This document shows, one piece after another, positions 16,460 through 23,891 of a DNA stretch of 35,397 nucleotides; positions within the stretch are counted from its first letter, which is position 1, and every line of letters starts with the position of its first letter. Both the position numbers and the translations under genes were made by a program. Source of the DNA: an uncultured Gammaproteobacteria bacterium (GTDB lineage Bacteria; Patescibacteriota; Patescibacteriia; CAZVIU01). The DNA is taken from NCBI GenBank assembly GCA_964626935.1, contig CAZVIU010000001.1, positions 5,056 through 40,452 of the forward strand. The letters are read 5' to 3'. The notes under the pieces were generated by a model. The model did not search any database and was not told where the DNA came from. It saw only the letters and a list, made by a program, of their open reading frames with translations.

Positions 16460-17689
16460 ATGAAAGACCAGCCGATCATCAGGTCGCTTCTTGAGGTAGA
16501 TTTCTATAAGTTCACGATGGGACTTGTGGTATGGCGACTATGGCGCGATGTTCCCGTAACATTCGCGTTCAAGAATCGAACGAAACGAGTTCGCTTGGCC
16601 GAGATTATCCAAGAGGAAGATCTTCGGGCCGAACTTGATCACATTCGCACCCTGCGATTCGCCGAAGACGAGATTGCATATCTTCGAACGCTAAAGGTTT
16701 TTCCAGAAGAATTTTTGCAGTTTCTTTTTACGGTTGAACTTCCGCCGTATTCATTGCGGATCGTTGATGGAAGCTTTGAATTGACTTTCTCCGGTTCATG
16801 GAGCATAACGATTTGGTGGGAAACGCTTGCGCTCTCCGTCATCAATGAACTGTATTATCGTGCGATACTTGAGAAGATGACAGATGCTGGTCGCGAGGCA
16901 GTGTTTGAGAGCGGTAGGCGTAGGCTTGCAGAAAAAATCGCAATTCTTAAGGCGCAGCCTGAAATTGTGTTCTGCGAGTTTGGTAATCGGCGCGCTTTTA
17001 GTCGCAAGTGGCAGGAATATGTGGTAATGACTCTTGCGCGAGAGTTGCCGAGAACACAGTTTATCGGAACCTCAAATGTGTACTTGGCCAAGCTTTTTGG
17101 TTTGCGACCCATCGGCACATTTGCGCACGAAATGTTTATGATCTATTCGGGTATCATGCATGGAAGCGATGACGAGATTCGCTCCTCGCATAACAGAGTT
17201 TTGCAAGATTGGTGGAAGGAATTTGGTGAATCGCTTTCCGTTGCGCTCACCGATACATTTGGAAGTAAGTTTTTCTTCGAGGACATGACAGTAGAGCAGG
17301 CGCGTATTTGGCGGGGTCTGCGGCAGGATTCAGGCGATCCGATTGAGTTTGGCGAAAAAGCCATTGAGTTCTACAAGAGGCACTTAATTGATCCGCGCAC
17401 TAAAGTTATTGTTTTCAGTGACGGTTTGGATGTAGAGGCGATTGTGAAGATTTGGGAACACTTCAAGGATAGAATCAAGATTGTATTCGGTTGGGGAACT
17501 AACCTAACCAATGACCTTGGATTTCCCGCGTTGTCACTTGTTATAAAGGCGGTGGAAGCTAACGGTTTCGGCACTGTTAAGCTTTCTGACAATCCGGCTA
17601 AGGCAATTGGCGATCTAGAAGACATCCAACGTTTCAGGCAAATCTTTGGCTATAATGATTCCCGAAAATATGTTGAGTGTAAATATTGA
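16460..17689 (+). CDS. pncB: Nicotinate phosphoribosyltransferase
   Basis: LLEVDFYKFTMG N-terminus, GTFAHEMF and FGWGTNLTND regions typical of NAPRTase. AAGGAGAG SD. Confidence 0.85.
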   Translation: MKDQPIIRSLLEVDFYKFTMGLVVWRLWRDVPVTFAFKNRTKRVRLAEIIQEEDLRAELDHIRTLRFAEDEIAYLRTLKVFPEEFLQFLFTVELPPYSLRIVDGSFELTFSGSWSITIWWETLALSVINELYYRAILEKMTDAGREAVFESGRRRLAEKIAILKAQPEIVFCEFGNRRAFSRKWQEYVVMTLARELPRTQFIGTSNVYLAKLFGLRPIGTFAHEMFMIYSGIMHGSDDEIRSSHNRVLQDWWKEFGESLSVALTDTFGSKFFFEDMTVEQARIWRGLRQDSGDPIEFGEKAIEFYKRHLIDPRTKVIVFSDGLDVEAIVKIWEHFKDRIKIVFGWGTNLTNDLGFPALSLVIKAVEANGFGTVKLSDNPAKAIGDLEDIQRFRQIFGYNDSRKYVECKY

Positions 17690-17721
17690 TGCAAGTTGTA
17701 AATTTTACTATCATACATACG

Positions 17722-17745
17722 CCCCACGTTTCGTGGGGATTCTTT
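17722..17745 (+). terminator. Terminator-like hairpin after pncB
   Basis: CCCCACG-TTT-CGTGGGG followed by ATTCTTT. Confidence 0.55.
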
Positions 17746-17749
17746 CCGA

Positions 17750-17796
17750 GCAACGAACATTTTGTTGGTTGCTTAGAGAAGAACACCGGTGTTCTT
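17750..17796 (+). promoter_or_regulatory. Two GAACA/TGTTC inverted repeats upstream of nadE
   Basis: GCAACGAACA-TTT-TGTTGGTTGC (one mismatch), followed by the 18-bp perfect palindrome AAGAACACCGGTGTTCTT (17779-17796), which lies 56 nt before ATG 17852. Confidence 0.5.
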
Positions 17797-17851
17797 TAAA
17801 ATGAGATCATCTAAACAACAGATGAAAACAACAAAGGAGGAAAAAGTGCCA

Positions 17852-19852
17852 ATGACTCGCGAGGAGTTTTTGGATGTTCGTAATCATGGATTTGCCCGTG
17901 TGGCTGTTGTAATTCCGCGCGTGCATCTCGGTAAACCGTTTGAAAATGTTCACGCGCATCTTGAAGAATTAGAGAGTGTTTATCGGCAGGGTGCGATGTA
18001 CGCGCTAGCGCCAGAGCTTGGACTTACTGGCTATAGTTGCGGCGATTTATTTCATTCACAAGCTTTGCTTGGCGAGGCGCTTGACGCCTTGAAACTGTTT
18101 TTGGATAAAACTGCTGGGTGGAATATGTTAATTAGTGTTGGTCTGCCATTACAAATTCGGGGATTACTTTTTAACTGTGCCATAACAATTCTGCGTGGAA
18201 AAATTTTAGCAGTTGTGCCCAAGGCTTATCCGCCCAACTATCGTGAATTTTATGAAGGCCGTCATTTTGCTAGCGCGGCTGAAGCTCTGACCACGTCGGT
18301 TAGATTGTCAAATCAAGACGTTCCTTTTGGCACAGATATTCTAATTTGCGCCCGAAATATTCCAAACTTTATTCTACACACAGATATTTGTGAAGATCTT
18401 TGGGTGCCGATTCCGCCAGGAACGCGCGCGGCTTTAGCTGGCGCCACTATTTTGGCCAATCTTTCAGCCTCAAATGTGACCATTGGCAAATATGAATATC
18501 GCGAGGTGCTGGCTTGCGCTTCATCTGGCAGAAATAATGCTGTACAGATGTATAGCGCGGCTGGTTTTGGTGAATCAACTTCTGATTTAGCTTGGGATGG
18601 CCATGGCATTATTACTGAACGCGGTATTCTGCTTGCGCGTTCGGAGCGATTTGCGCTCGGTGGTACGTACATTATTCAAGATGTTGATCTTGCTTTGCTT
18701 CTAGGGGAACGCATGCGCCAGACATCGTTTTGGCAAAACGCGCGTGATAATCGGACGGACTTCCGTGAAGTTTATTTTGATGAAGGGCTCGGCACCACAG
18801 ACGATTCAAAAGTCTTTCATAAATTCAGGCGTAAAATTGATCAGTATCCATTTGTGCCATCCAATCCAGCTTATCGCAATGAACGATGTCGCGAAACTTT
18901 CATGATTCAAGCGACAAGTCTAGCGCGGTGGTTAAAGCAATTGCCGCCGGATATGCAGCGCGTGGTCATTGGAGTTTCTGGCGGACAAGATTCAACACAA
19001 GCGCTTTTAGTTGCCGCTCGCGCCATGGATCTTTTACATTTGCCGCGCCCAAACATCATTGCCTTGACTATGCCGGGTTTTGGCACAACCGGACGCACTT
19101 ATCATAACGCTTGCGCTCTTGTTACTGCCCTTGGCGCGACCTTTCGAGAGATTAAGATTACGCCAGTTGTGGAACAAATTTTCCGCGATCTTGGACAGGA
19201 TTCAAATGTTGAAGACCTAACTTTTGAAAATGTTCAGGCTTGGACGCGTAAGATTTTTGAACTAGCCATAGCTTGTCGGGAGCAGGGTATTGATCTTGGA
19301 ACTGGTGATCTTTCCGAGCTTATGCTTGGTTGGTGCACTATGTTTGGCGATCATGCCGCCCATTATGGGGTTAATGCTGGCGTGCCCAAAACTCTGATTT
19401 CGTATCTAATTCGTTGGAGCGCTGATGAAGTTTTTAAGGACGAGCTTAGGGTGCGTGAGGCCTTGCTTGATATTTTGGCTACACCAATTTCTCCAGAGCT
19501 TTTGCGTCATAACGATGGTCAGATTGTTCAAAAAACCGAAGAAAACCTTGGGCCTTATGAACTGCACGATTTTTTTGGTTACTATTTTGTGCGATTTGGT
19601 CTCGCGCCAGTACGAATTGTCAGAATGAGTTATGAGGCTTGGCAAACTAAATATAAGTTTGCGGAAATTAAGAAGTGGGCGAGAGTTTTTTTTGAACGAT
19701 TTTTTCGCAGTCAGTTAAAGCGCAGTTGTCTACCGATTGGACCAAAGGTTGGCGGGGCGGCTATTTCGCCTCGTGGTGATTGGCGCATGCCAGCTGATAT
19801 GGATGCTAGTACCTGGCTTAGAGATTTAGCCCAAGCGCCAGAAAACATATAA
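17852..19852 (+). CDS. nadE: Glutamine-dependent NAD+ synthetase (CN-hydrolase + synthetase domains)
   Basis: N-terminal nitrilase-like domain (APELGLTGYSCGDL, TDICEDLW) and a C-terminal domain with the SGGQDS PP-loop. AAGGAGG at 17834-17840; the start is ATG 17852 or GTG 17846. Confidence 0.9.
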   Translation: MTREEFLDVRNHGFARVAVVIPRVHLGKPFENVHAHLEELESVYRQGAMYALAPELGLTGYSCGDLFHSQALLGEALDALKLFLDKTAGWNMLISVGLPLQIRGLLFNCAITILRGKILAVVPKAYPPNYREFYEGRHFASAAEALTTSVRLSNQDVPFGTDILICARNIPNFILHTDICEDLWVPIPPGTRAALAGATILANLSASNVTIGKYEYREVLACASSGRNNAVQMYSAAGFGESTSDLAWDGHGIITERGILLARSERFALGGTYIIQDVDLALLLGERMRQTSFWQNARDNRTDFREVYFDEGLGTTDDSKVFHKFRRKIDQYPFVPSNPAYRNERCRETFMIQATSLARWLKQLPPDMQRVVIGVSGGQDSTQALLVAARAMDLLHLPRPNIIALTMPGFGTTGRTYHNACALVTALGATFREIKITPVVEQIFRDLGQDSNVEDLTFENVQAWTRKIFELAIACREQGIDLGTGDLSELMLGWCTMFGDHAAHYGVNAGVPKTLISYLIRWSADEVFKDELRVREALLDILATPISPELLRHNDGQIVQKTEENLGPYELHDFFGYYFVRFGLAPVRIVRMSYEAWQTKYKFAEIKKWARVFFERFFRSQLKRSCLPIGPKVGGAAISPRGDWRMPADMDASTWLRDLAQAPENI

Positions 19853-19861
19853 TATAAATTT

Positions 19862-19906
19862 GCCCGCTCAAGTTTTGCAATGCAAAATTTAGGCGGGCTT
19901 CTTTCG
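19862..19906 (+). terminator. Terminator-like two-tier hairpin after nadE
   Basis: Outer stem GCCCGC...GCGGGC encloses an inner inverted repeat AAGTTTTGCA / TGCAAAATTT, followed by TTCTTTCG. Confidence 0.6.
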
Positions 19907-19978
19907 TAGAGTTGTTAAAATTTTTATTTTGACACCTCTTGTGAAGAACCAGTTCTTTGAAAATGTTTTTAAAACCAA

Positions 19979-20014
19979 ACAATACTTTCATACTATATAG
20001 TATGAAAGTATTGT
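19979..20014. promoter_or_regulatory. 36-bp perfect palindrome upstream of the NDT-like/Nudix gene
   Basis: ACAATACTTTCATACTATATAGTATGAAAGTATTGT. All 18 pairs were verified and there is no loop. Its centre is TATATA and it lies 50 nt before ATG 20064. Confidence 0.6.
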
Positions 20015-20063
20015 AAAAAAAGCGAAAAAGGAAGCCGGGCTTCCTAAGAGAGGAGAGGCAAAG

Positions 20064-21230
20064 ATGCATCCAGTCTTCACAGGCGAGGATCCACCAGATA
20101 GTTTTACCAAATCGTTATTTTTAGCCGGCCCGACACCACGTTCGGCTGATGTACAATCTTGGCGACCAGAGGCCATACGTTTCTTAGAACAAGCTGGTTT
20201 TGACGGCGTTGTTTTTGTGCCAGAGAATCGTGATGGCGGTTTAAAACCATCTTATGATAGTCAAGCTGGTTGGGAACACCGCATGCTTGATATGGCTGAT
20301 TATATTCTTTTTTGGGTGCCTCGGGACCTTGAGATGATGCCAGCCTTCACCACTAATATTGAATTTGGTTGGTGGATGGATTCAGGAAAAGTAATTTTTG
20401 GCGCGCCATCAAATTCCCCAAAGAATGATTATCTGCGATATTGCGCTAGGAAATTTATGATTCCACAGGCCGAAACGCTTTTGGCAACTATTGATGAAGC
20501 GATTAAATTCGTAGGCAGTGGAGCAGAACGTCGCGGTGGTGAACGGTTTGTTCCGTTTTATATTTGGCAAACGCCTTCGTTTCAGTCTTGGTATCAAGCG
20601 TTAAAGCAGGCCGGCAATCGTTTAGAGTGGGCGCGTCTTGAATGGGTAAAAAGAGTTGGACCAAGGCGTCAGTTTGTTTATGCTTGGGCGCTTCATGCGC
20701 ATATATTTGTAAGCGCTGAAGGTCGTTATAAAACTAATGAAACCGTCATATCAAGACCGAACATCTCTAGTGTTTTACTATATCGTCGAATGCCAGAGAT
20801 TATGAAAAGTTTAGTTGTGCTAGTTCAAGAGTTTCGTAGTTCGGGAGCAACCCCAGATGGTTTTATTCACGAATTACCCAGTGGTTCGTCGTCAAACCTA
20901 GAGTTAAGTCCCAGCGAGATTGCTTCGGAAGAGGTTTATGAAGAAACAGGACTATGGATTAATTCATCGCGTTTAGCGCCACACAGTAGTCGTCAGTTAG
21001 CTGGAACTTTTTCTGCTCACAAGGCTAGTCTTTTTTCTGCTGAACTAACTTATGAAGAACTTGATTTTCTTGCTGGGCAAGCTGGCGTGGCGCATGGCGC
21101 TAATTTAGCTGATTTGACTGGTGAAAGAACCTATGTTGAAATTAAAACGCTTGAGGAAATTTTACGTAAAAATCTAGTTGATTGGAGCGTCTTAGGAATG
21201 ATTTTATCTATTTTGAATACCCCCGCTTGA
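20064..21230 (+). CDS. Fusion protein: nucleoside 2-deoxyribosyltransferase-like domain + ADP-ribose-pyrophosphatase-like Nudix domain
   Basis: N-terminal half (LFLAGPTPR...WRPEA...VFVPE...WEHRMLDMADYILFWVP...TTNIEFGWW) matches the NDT-like family pattern. C-terminal half (EFRSSGATPDGFIHELPSG...SEEVYEETGL) has a NudF-like fold with a non-canonical box (R replaced by E). Confidence 0.7.
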   Translation: MHPVFTGEDPPDSFTKSLFLAGPTPRSADVQSWRPEAIRFLEQAGFDGVVFVPENRDGGLKPSYDSQAGWEHRMLDMADYILFWVPRDLEMMPAFTTNIEFGWWMDSGKVIFGAPSNSPKNDYLRYCARKFMIPQAETLLATIDEAIKFVGSGAERRGGERFVPFYIWQTPSFQSWYQALKQAGNRLEWARLEWVKRVGPRRQFVYAWALHAHIFVSAEGRYKTNETVISRPNISSVLLYRRMPEIMKSLVVLVQEFRSSGATPDGFIHELPSGSSSNLELSPSEIASEEVYEETGLWINSSRLAPHSSRQLAGTFSAHKASLFSAELTYEELDFLAGQAGVAHGANLADLTGERTYVEIKTLEEILRKNLVDWSVLGMILSILNTPA

Positions 21231-21296
21231 CCCCGAAGTTTTTTTATGCTAAACTGGTTGCATCCTTAAAATTAAACAAGACAAGGAGGCAGGAAG

Positions 21297-21854
21297 ATGA
21301 CCCGTTGTGATTGGCGGTATCGCGTACTAGCTTTTGCTCTTGACGTAAATTCATCGGATGAAGTCAAGACACATGTGGAAGGTTGTTTAGTGTGTCAGAT
21401 GCGCATGAAATTTGTTATGGCGACAATTAGGGGTTTTAGTCAACGATCAAAAGATCCTCGTCACCCAACACTAGTTGAATTAGTTGAAAGGTGTACTAGA
21501 TTTGAAAAAGAATGTGTTCTAATAGATGACCGTAACCAGCGCTTGGTAGTTAAACAAGAGTATTGTTTTTGCGGCACAGTAGCTGACTACATTCCGGTGC
21601 CCTTAAGAGAAGGAAGCGAGCAAAGAGTTAATTTAGGATGCCTTGCTTGTGGCGCACGCTGGCGCGCGGCTCATTGCCGAAGCGGTTGTGGAGCGCCGCT
21701 TGATGATCGCTTTGATGAGCTTTGCCTAAGTTGCAACTGGATTAAGTGCCCCGCAGGCCACTGTTCTAATGATCAGTGTCTAGAACCAGAAGAGACCTCC
21801 TGTACAATAAAATTTTTCGTTACAAAAGACGTAAATTTCGAGCAAAAATTATGA
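21297..21854 (+). CDS. Cysteine-rich protein with ZAS-like H-x3-C-x2-C motif
   Basis: AAGGAGG SD. N-terminal HVEGCLVCQ matches the zinc-binding anti-sigma (zf-HC2) signature. The C-terminal half has multiple CxxC/CxxxC pairs (CLACG, CRSGCG, CLSCNWIKC). No sigma factor gene nearby. Confidence 0.5.
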   Translation: MTRCDWRYRVLAFALDVNSSDEVKTHVEGCLVCQMRMKFVMATIRGFSQRSKDPRHPTLVELVERCTRFEKECVLIDDRNQRLVVKQEYCFCGTVADYIPVPLREGSEQRVNLGCLACGARWRAAHCRSGCGAPLDDRFDELCLSCNWIKCPAGHCSNDQCLEPEETSCTIKFFVTKDVNFEQKL

Positions 21855-21864
21855 ATATCTGACT

Positions 21865-21891
21865 AAGACCGTCACTTAACGGTCTTTTTTT
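21865..21891 (+). terminator. Terminator after the Cys-rich gene
   Basis: AAGACCGT-CACTTA-ACGGTCTT followed by a T-run. Confidence 0.8.
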
Positions 21892-21969
21892 CATTTCTAC
21901 TCTCCGCTTCCGCTTAAGGCGAGTCCTAAGGTGGGTTGGTTATCCGCCCCTCCGAATCTTTAAAACATT

Positions 21970-22007
21970 AAAATATCAAATGTAACGATCGTTACATTTG
22001 ATATTTT
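21970..22007. repeat. 38-bp perfect palindrome
   Basis: AAAATATCAAATGTAACGATCGTTACATTTGATATTTT. All 19 pairs were verified. The right arm overlaps the first 33-nt direct repeat. Confidence 0.8.
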
Positions 22008-22070
22008 TTCGTTTTGGGTGGACGGAGATGACATGCTTTTGATATTCTTTCGTTTTGGGTGGACGAAGAT
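21997..22070. repeat. Two 33-nt direct repeats, period 41
   Basis: TTTGATATTTTTTCGTTTTGGGTGGACGGAGAT (21997-22029) and TTTGATATTCTTTCGTTTTGGGTGGACGAAGAT (22038-22070), with 2 mismatches. Confidence 0.8.
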
Positions 22071-22228
22071 AATCTGCTTAGGCGGATTTTTATTGCGTAA
22101 GCATGCAAAGACTTTGTAAGAAAATGCACCCCGCATCAATTGGCACAGATAATGTGTCTAGCTTTGGTTTGTTTTGCCGCGGTATCTTTGCTTTAAATTT
22201 AGAGAGATAAAACCTCATAATTTATAGT

Positions 22229-22264
22229 AAAAACACCTTGGCAAGACAAGCCAAGGTGTTTTTT
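22229..22264. terminator. Orphan strong hairpin with A-run/T-run flanks
   Basis: AAAAACACCTTGGC-AAGACAA-GCCAAGGTGTTTTT forms a stem of about 14 bp. There is no annotated ORF within 370 nt upstream on either strand. Confidence 0.6.
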
Positions 22265-22282
22265 GCACCTTAAAAATGATAT

Positions 22283-22307
22283 TTATTGGAGCTTAGCTCC
22301 AATAATC
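22283..22307. promoter_or_regulatory. Inverted repeat just upstream of the first MFS gene RBS
   Basis: TTATTGGAGC-TTA-GCTCCAATAA ends about 7 nt before the GGAGGA SD. It could be an operator or an RBS-proximal hairpin. Confidence 0.4.
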
Positions 22308-22323
22308 TGGAACGGAGGACAAG

Positions 22324-23523
22324 ATGAAAACAACGGTTAGTTGTTATCTGGCCTTGGAATTTTTATGGCGGTTGGTTACGGCTCTCCATTTCACAATTTA
22401 CGCGATATTTTTGCGCGATAGAGGGCTAGACTTATTTGAAGCCAATTTAGTTAACGCAATTTATTTTATTGCTGTGGCCTTGTTTGAAGTGCCAACCGGA
22501 ATCGTAGCTGATGTTTTTGGACGAAAAGTTTCATTTATGCTAGCCATTGGTTTTTATGGTTCGGGGTTATTAATTTACTCTAAGGCAAATTCTTTTAGTG
22601 GATGCGTTGCTGGTGAAGTACTAGCGGCACTTGGCTTAACTTTTCAAAGCGGCGCTTTTGACGCTTGGATGGTTGATGAATTGAAGTCCTACGGAAGCGG
22701 TGATGATTACATAAAATTAATTTTTTCTCGTCGTAGCCAACTAGAGTATTTAGGCAGTATTTTGGGTGGCTTGCTTGGCGCTTATCTTGGTTTGCGCGAT
22801 ATTGCTTTGCCCTGGCTTATATCAGCAGTAGCCATATTTATGCTTGCTCCAATAACACTATTATGGATGAGAGAAGAACATTTTACGCCGATCGTCAAGA
22901 ATATTGGCAATGTCTTAAAAGAGATGGTTAGAACTGGGATTTACGGAGTTCGTTATGTCCGGAGTAAGTCGTCAGTACATTTGGTAATAATTTTTGCAGC
23001 CTTTTTGTTTTTTGGAGTGATGGCGCCTAATATGCAATGGCAAATTTATTTCGGACGTTTTTACGGATCGGTCAGTGGCAATGGTTGGGTTTGGTGCGGC
23101 ATTGGTATTGCGCTCTTCTGTGGTGCGAGATTCATACCTGGCTTGACGCTAAGGTATTTTGGCGGCAAAACCGATTTAGTCCTGATATTGATTTTAGTGG
23201 CTTGCGGTATTGGCATAGCCGCAACCCCTCTTAGTTCAGTCTTGAGTTTGTCATTAATTATTTTTTGGATGCAGCAATTTTTTCGTGGCGGAATTAATCC
23301 CTTAAAAGATGCTTACTTGAATGAGCAGATTGATGATAAGACTATTAGGGCAACAGTTCTTTCAATTGAGTCATTAGTACGACACTTGGCTGGCGTGGCT
23401 GGTTTAGTTGTAAGCGGTTTAGTCGCGCGCCATATTTCGCTTGAGGCCGCTTGGATTAGTTCTGGGGCAGTGATGATTTTAGGGGGGCTGCTGCTTTTAT
23501 GGAGGAAATTTAAAACGACGTAA
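22324..23523 (+). CDS. MFS transporter
   Basis: About 12 hydrophobic segments and a motif-A-like GIVADVFGRKV between TM2 and TM3. GGAGGA SD. Confidence 0.75.
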   Translation: MKTTVSCYLALEFLWRLVTALHFTIYAIFLRDRGLDLFEANLVNAIYFIAVALFEVPTGIVADVFGRKVSFMLAIGFYGSGLLIYSKANSFSGCVAGEVLAALGLTFQSGAFDAWMVDELKSYGSGDDYIKLIFSRRSQLEYLGSILGGLLGAYLGLRDIALPWLISAVAIFMLAPITLLWMREEHFTPIVKNIGNVLKEMVRTGIYGVRYVRSKSSVHLVIIFAAFLFFGVMAPNMQWQIYFGRFYGSVSGNGWVWCGIGIALFCGARFIPGLTLRYFGGKTDLVLILILVACGIGIAATPLSSVLSLSLIIFWMQQFFRGGINPLKDAYLNEQIDDKTIRATVLSIESLVRHLAGVAGLVVSGLVARHISLEAAWISSGAVMILGGLLLLWRKFKTT

Positions 23524-23537
23524 ATTTACGTCGTTTT
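23512..23537. terminator. 26-bp perfect palindrome spanning the MFS gene stop
   Basis: AAAACGACGTAAATTTACGTCGTTTT, with an A-run on one side and a T-run on the other, between convergent genes. Confidence 0.65.
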
Positions 23538-23625
23538 TAGTTTTTACTGCCAAAATTTTGAACTATAAATTATAAAAGAACGCAGTTTTCTATACTTACC
23601 GCTATTTTAAGTCCTATACTCATAG

Positions 23626-23841
23626 TTATTCTAGCGCCTCGATCTCACTTATTGCCTCATTTAGATTATCTTGTGATAAATCTAGGGCTGTGTCTGGCGG
23701 TGGCGTGGTGATAGGGGAATAAGGTTTTGCTGGCGGAACTTGCATTTTTGATATACTGGATTCTTTTAATGTTAAAACCAGCCACCAAGCCACAACAGCA
23801 ATAATTATAATAAATAAAATTGTTAGTAATATTTTACGCAT
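23626..23841 (-). CDS. Small single-pass membrane protein
   Basis: 71-aa ORF with N-terminal TM ILLTILFIIIIAVVAWWLVL, 50 nt downstream of the Cys-rich secreted protein on the same strand. Confidence 0.4.
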   Translation of the reverse strand: MRKILLTILFIIIIAVVAWWLVLTLKESSISKMQVPPAKPYSPITTPPPDTALDLSQDNLNEAISEIEALE

Positions 23842-23891
23842 CGTTTAATTCAAGTTTATTAGTTTAAATTTTAAAACTATTATCTTAGTGG

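Noticed and set aside
17754-17796. LexA/Cheo-type SOS boxes (CGAAC-N4-GTTCG).
   Set aside because: The spacing is N5-N6 rather than N4, and the sites precede nadE rather than a repair gene. No comparable box was found in the uvrB or uvrC leaders.
22016-22066. Guanidine-II (mini-ykkC) riboswitch upstream of the MFS transporter, suggested by twin GGACGG/GGACGA words.
   Set aside because: The ACGR words are not presented as loops closed by complementary GG/CC stems, because the flanks (GGGTGG...AGAT) do not pair.
21997-22070. Possible CRISPR array suggested by the 30-33-nt direct repeats.
   Set aside because: There are only two copies, separated by 8 nt instead of a spacer of about 30 nt. No cas genes are in the window, and the repeat overlaps a palindrome arm.
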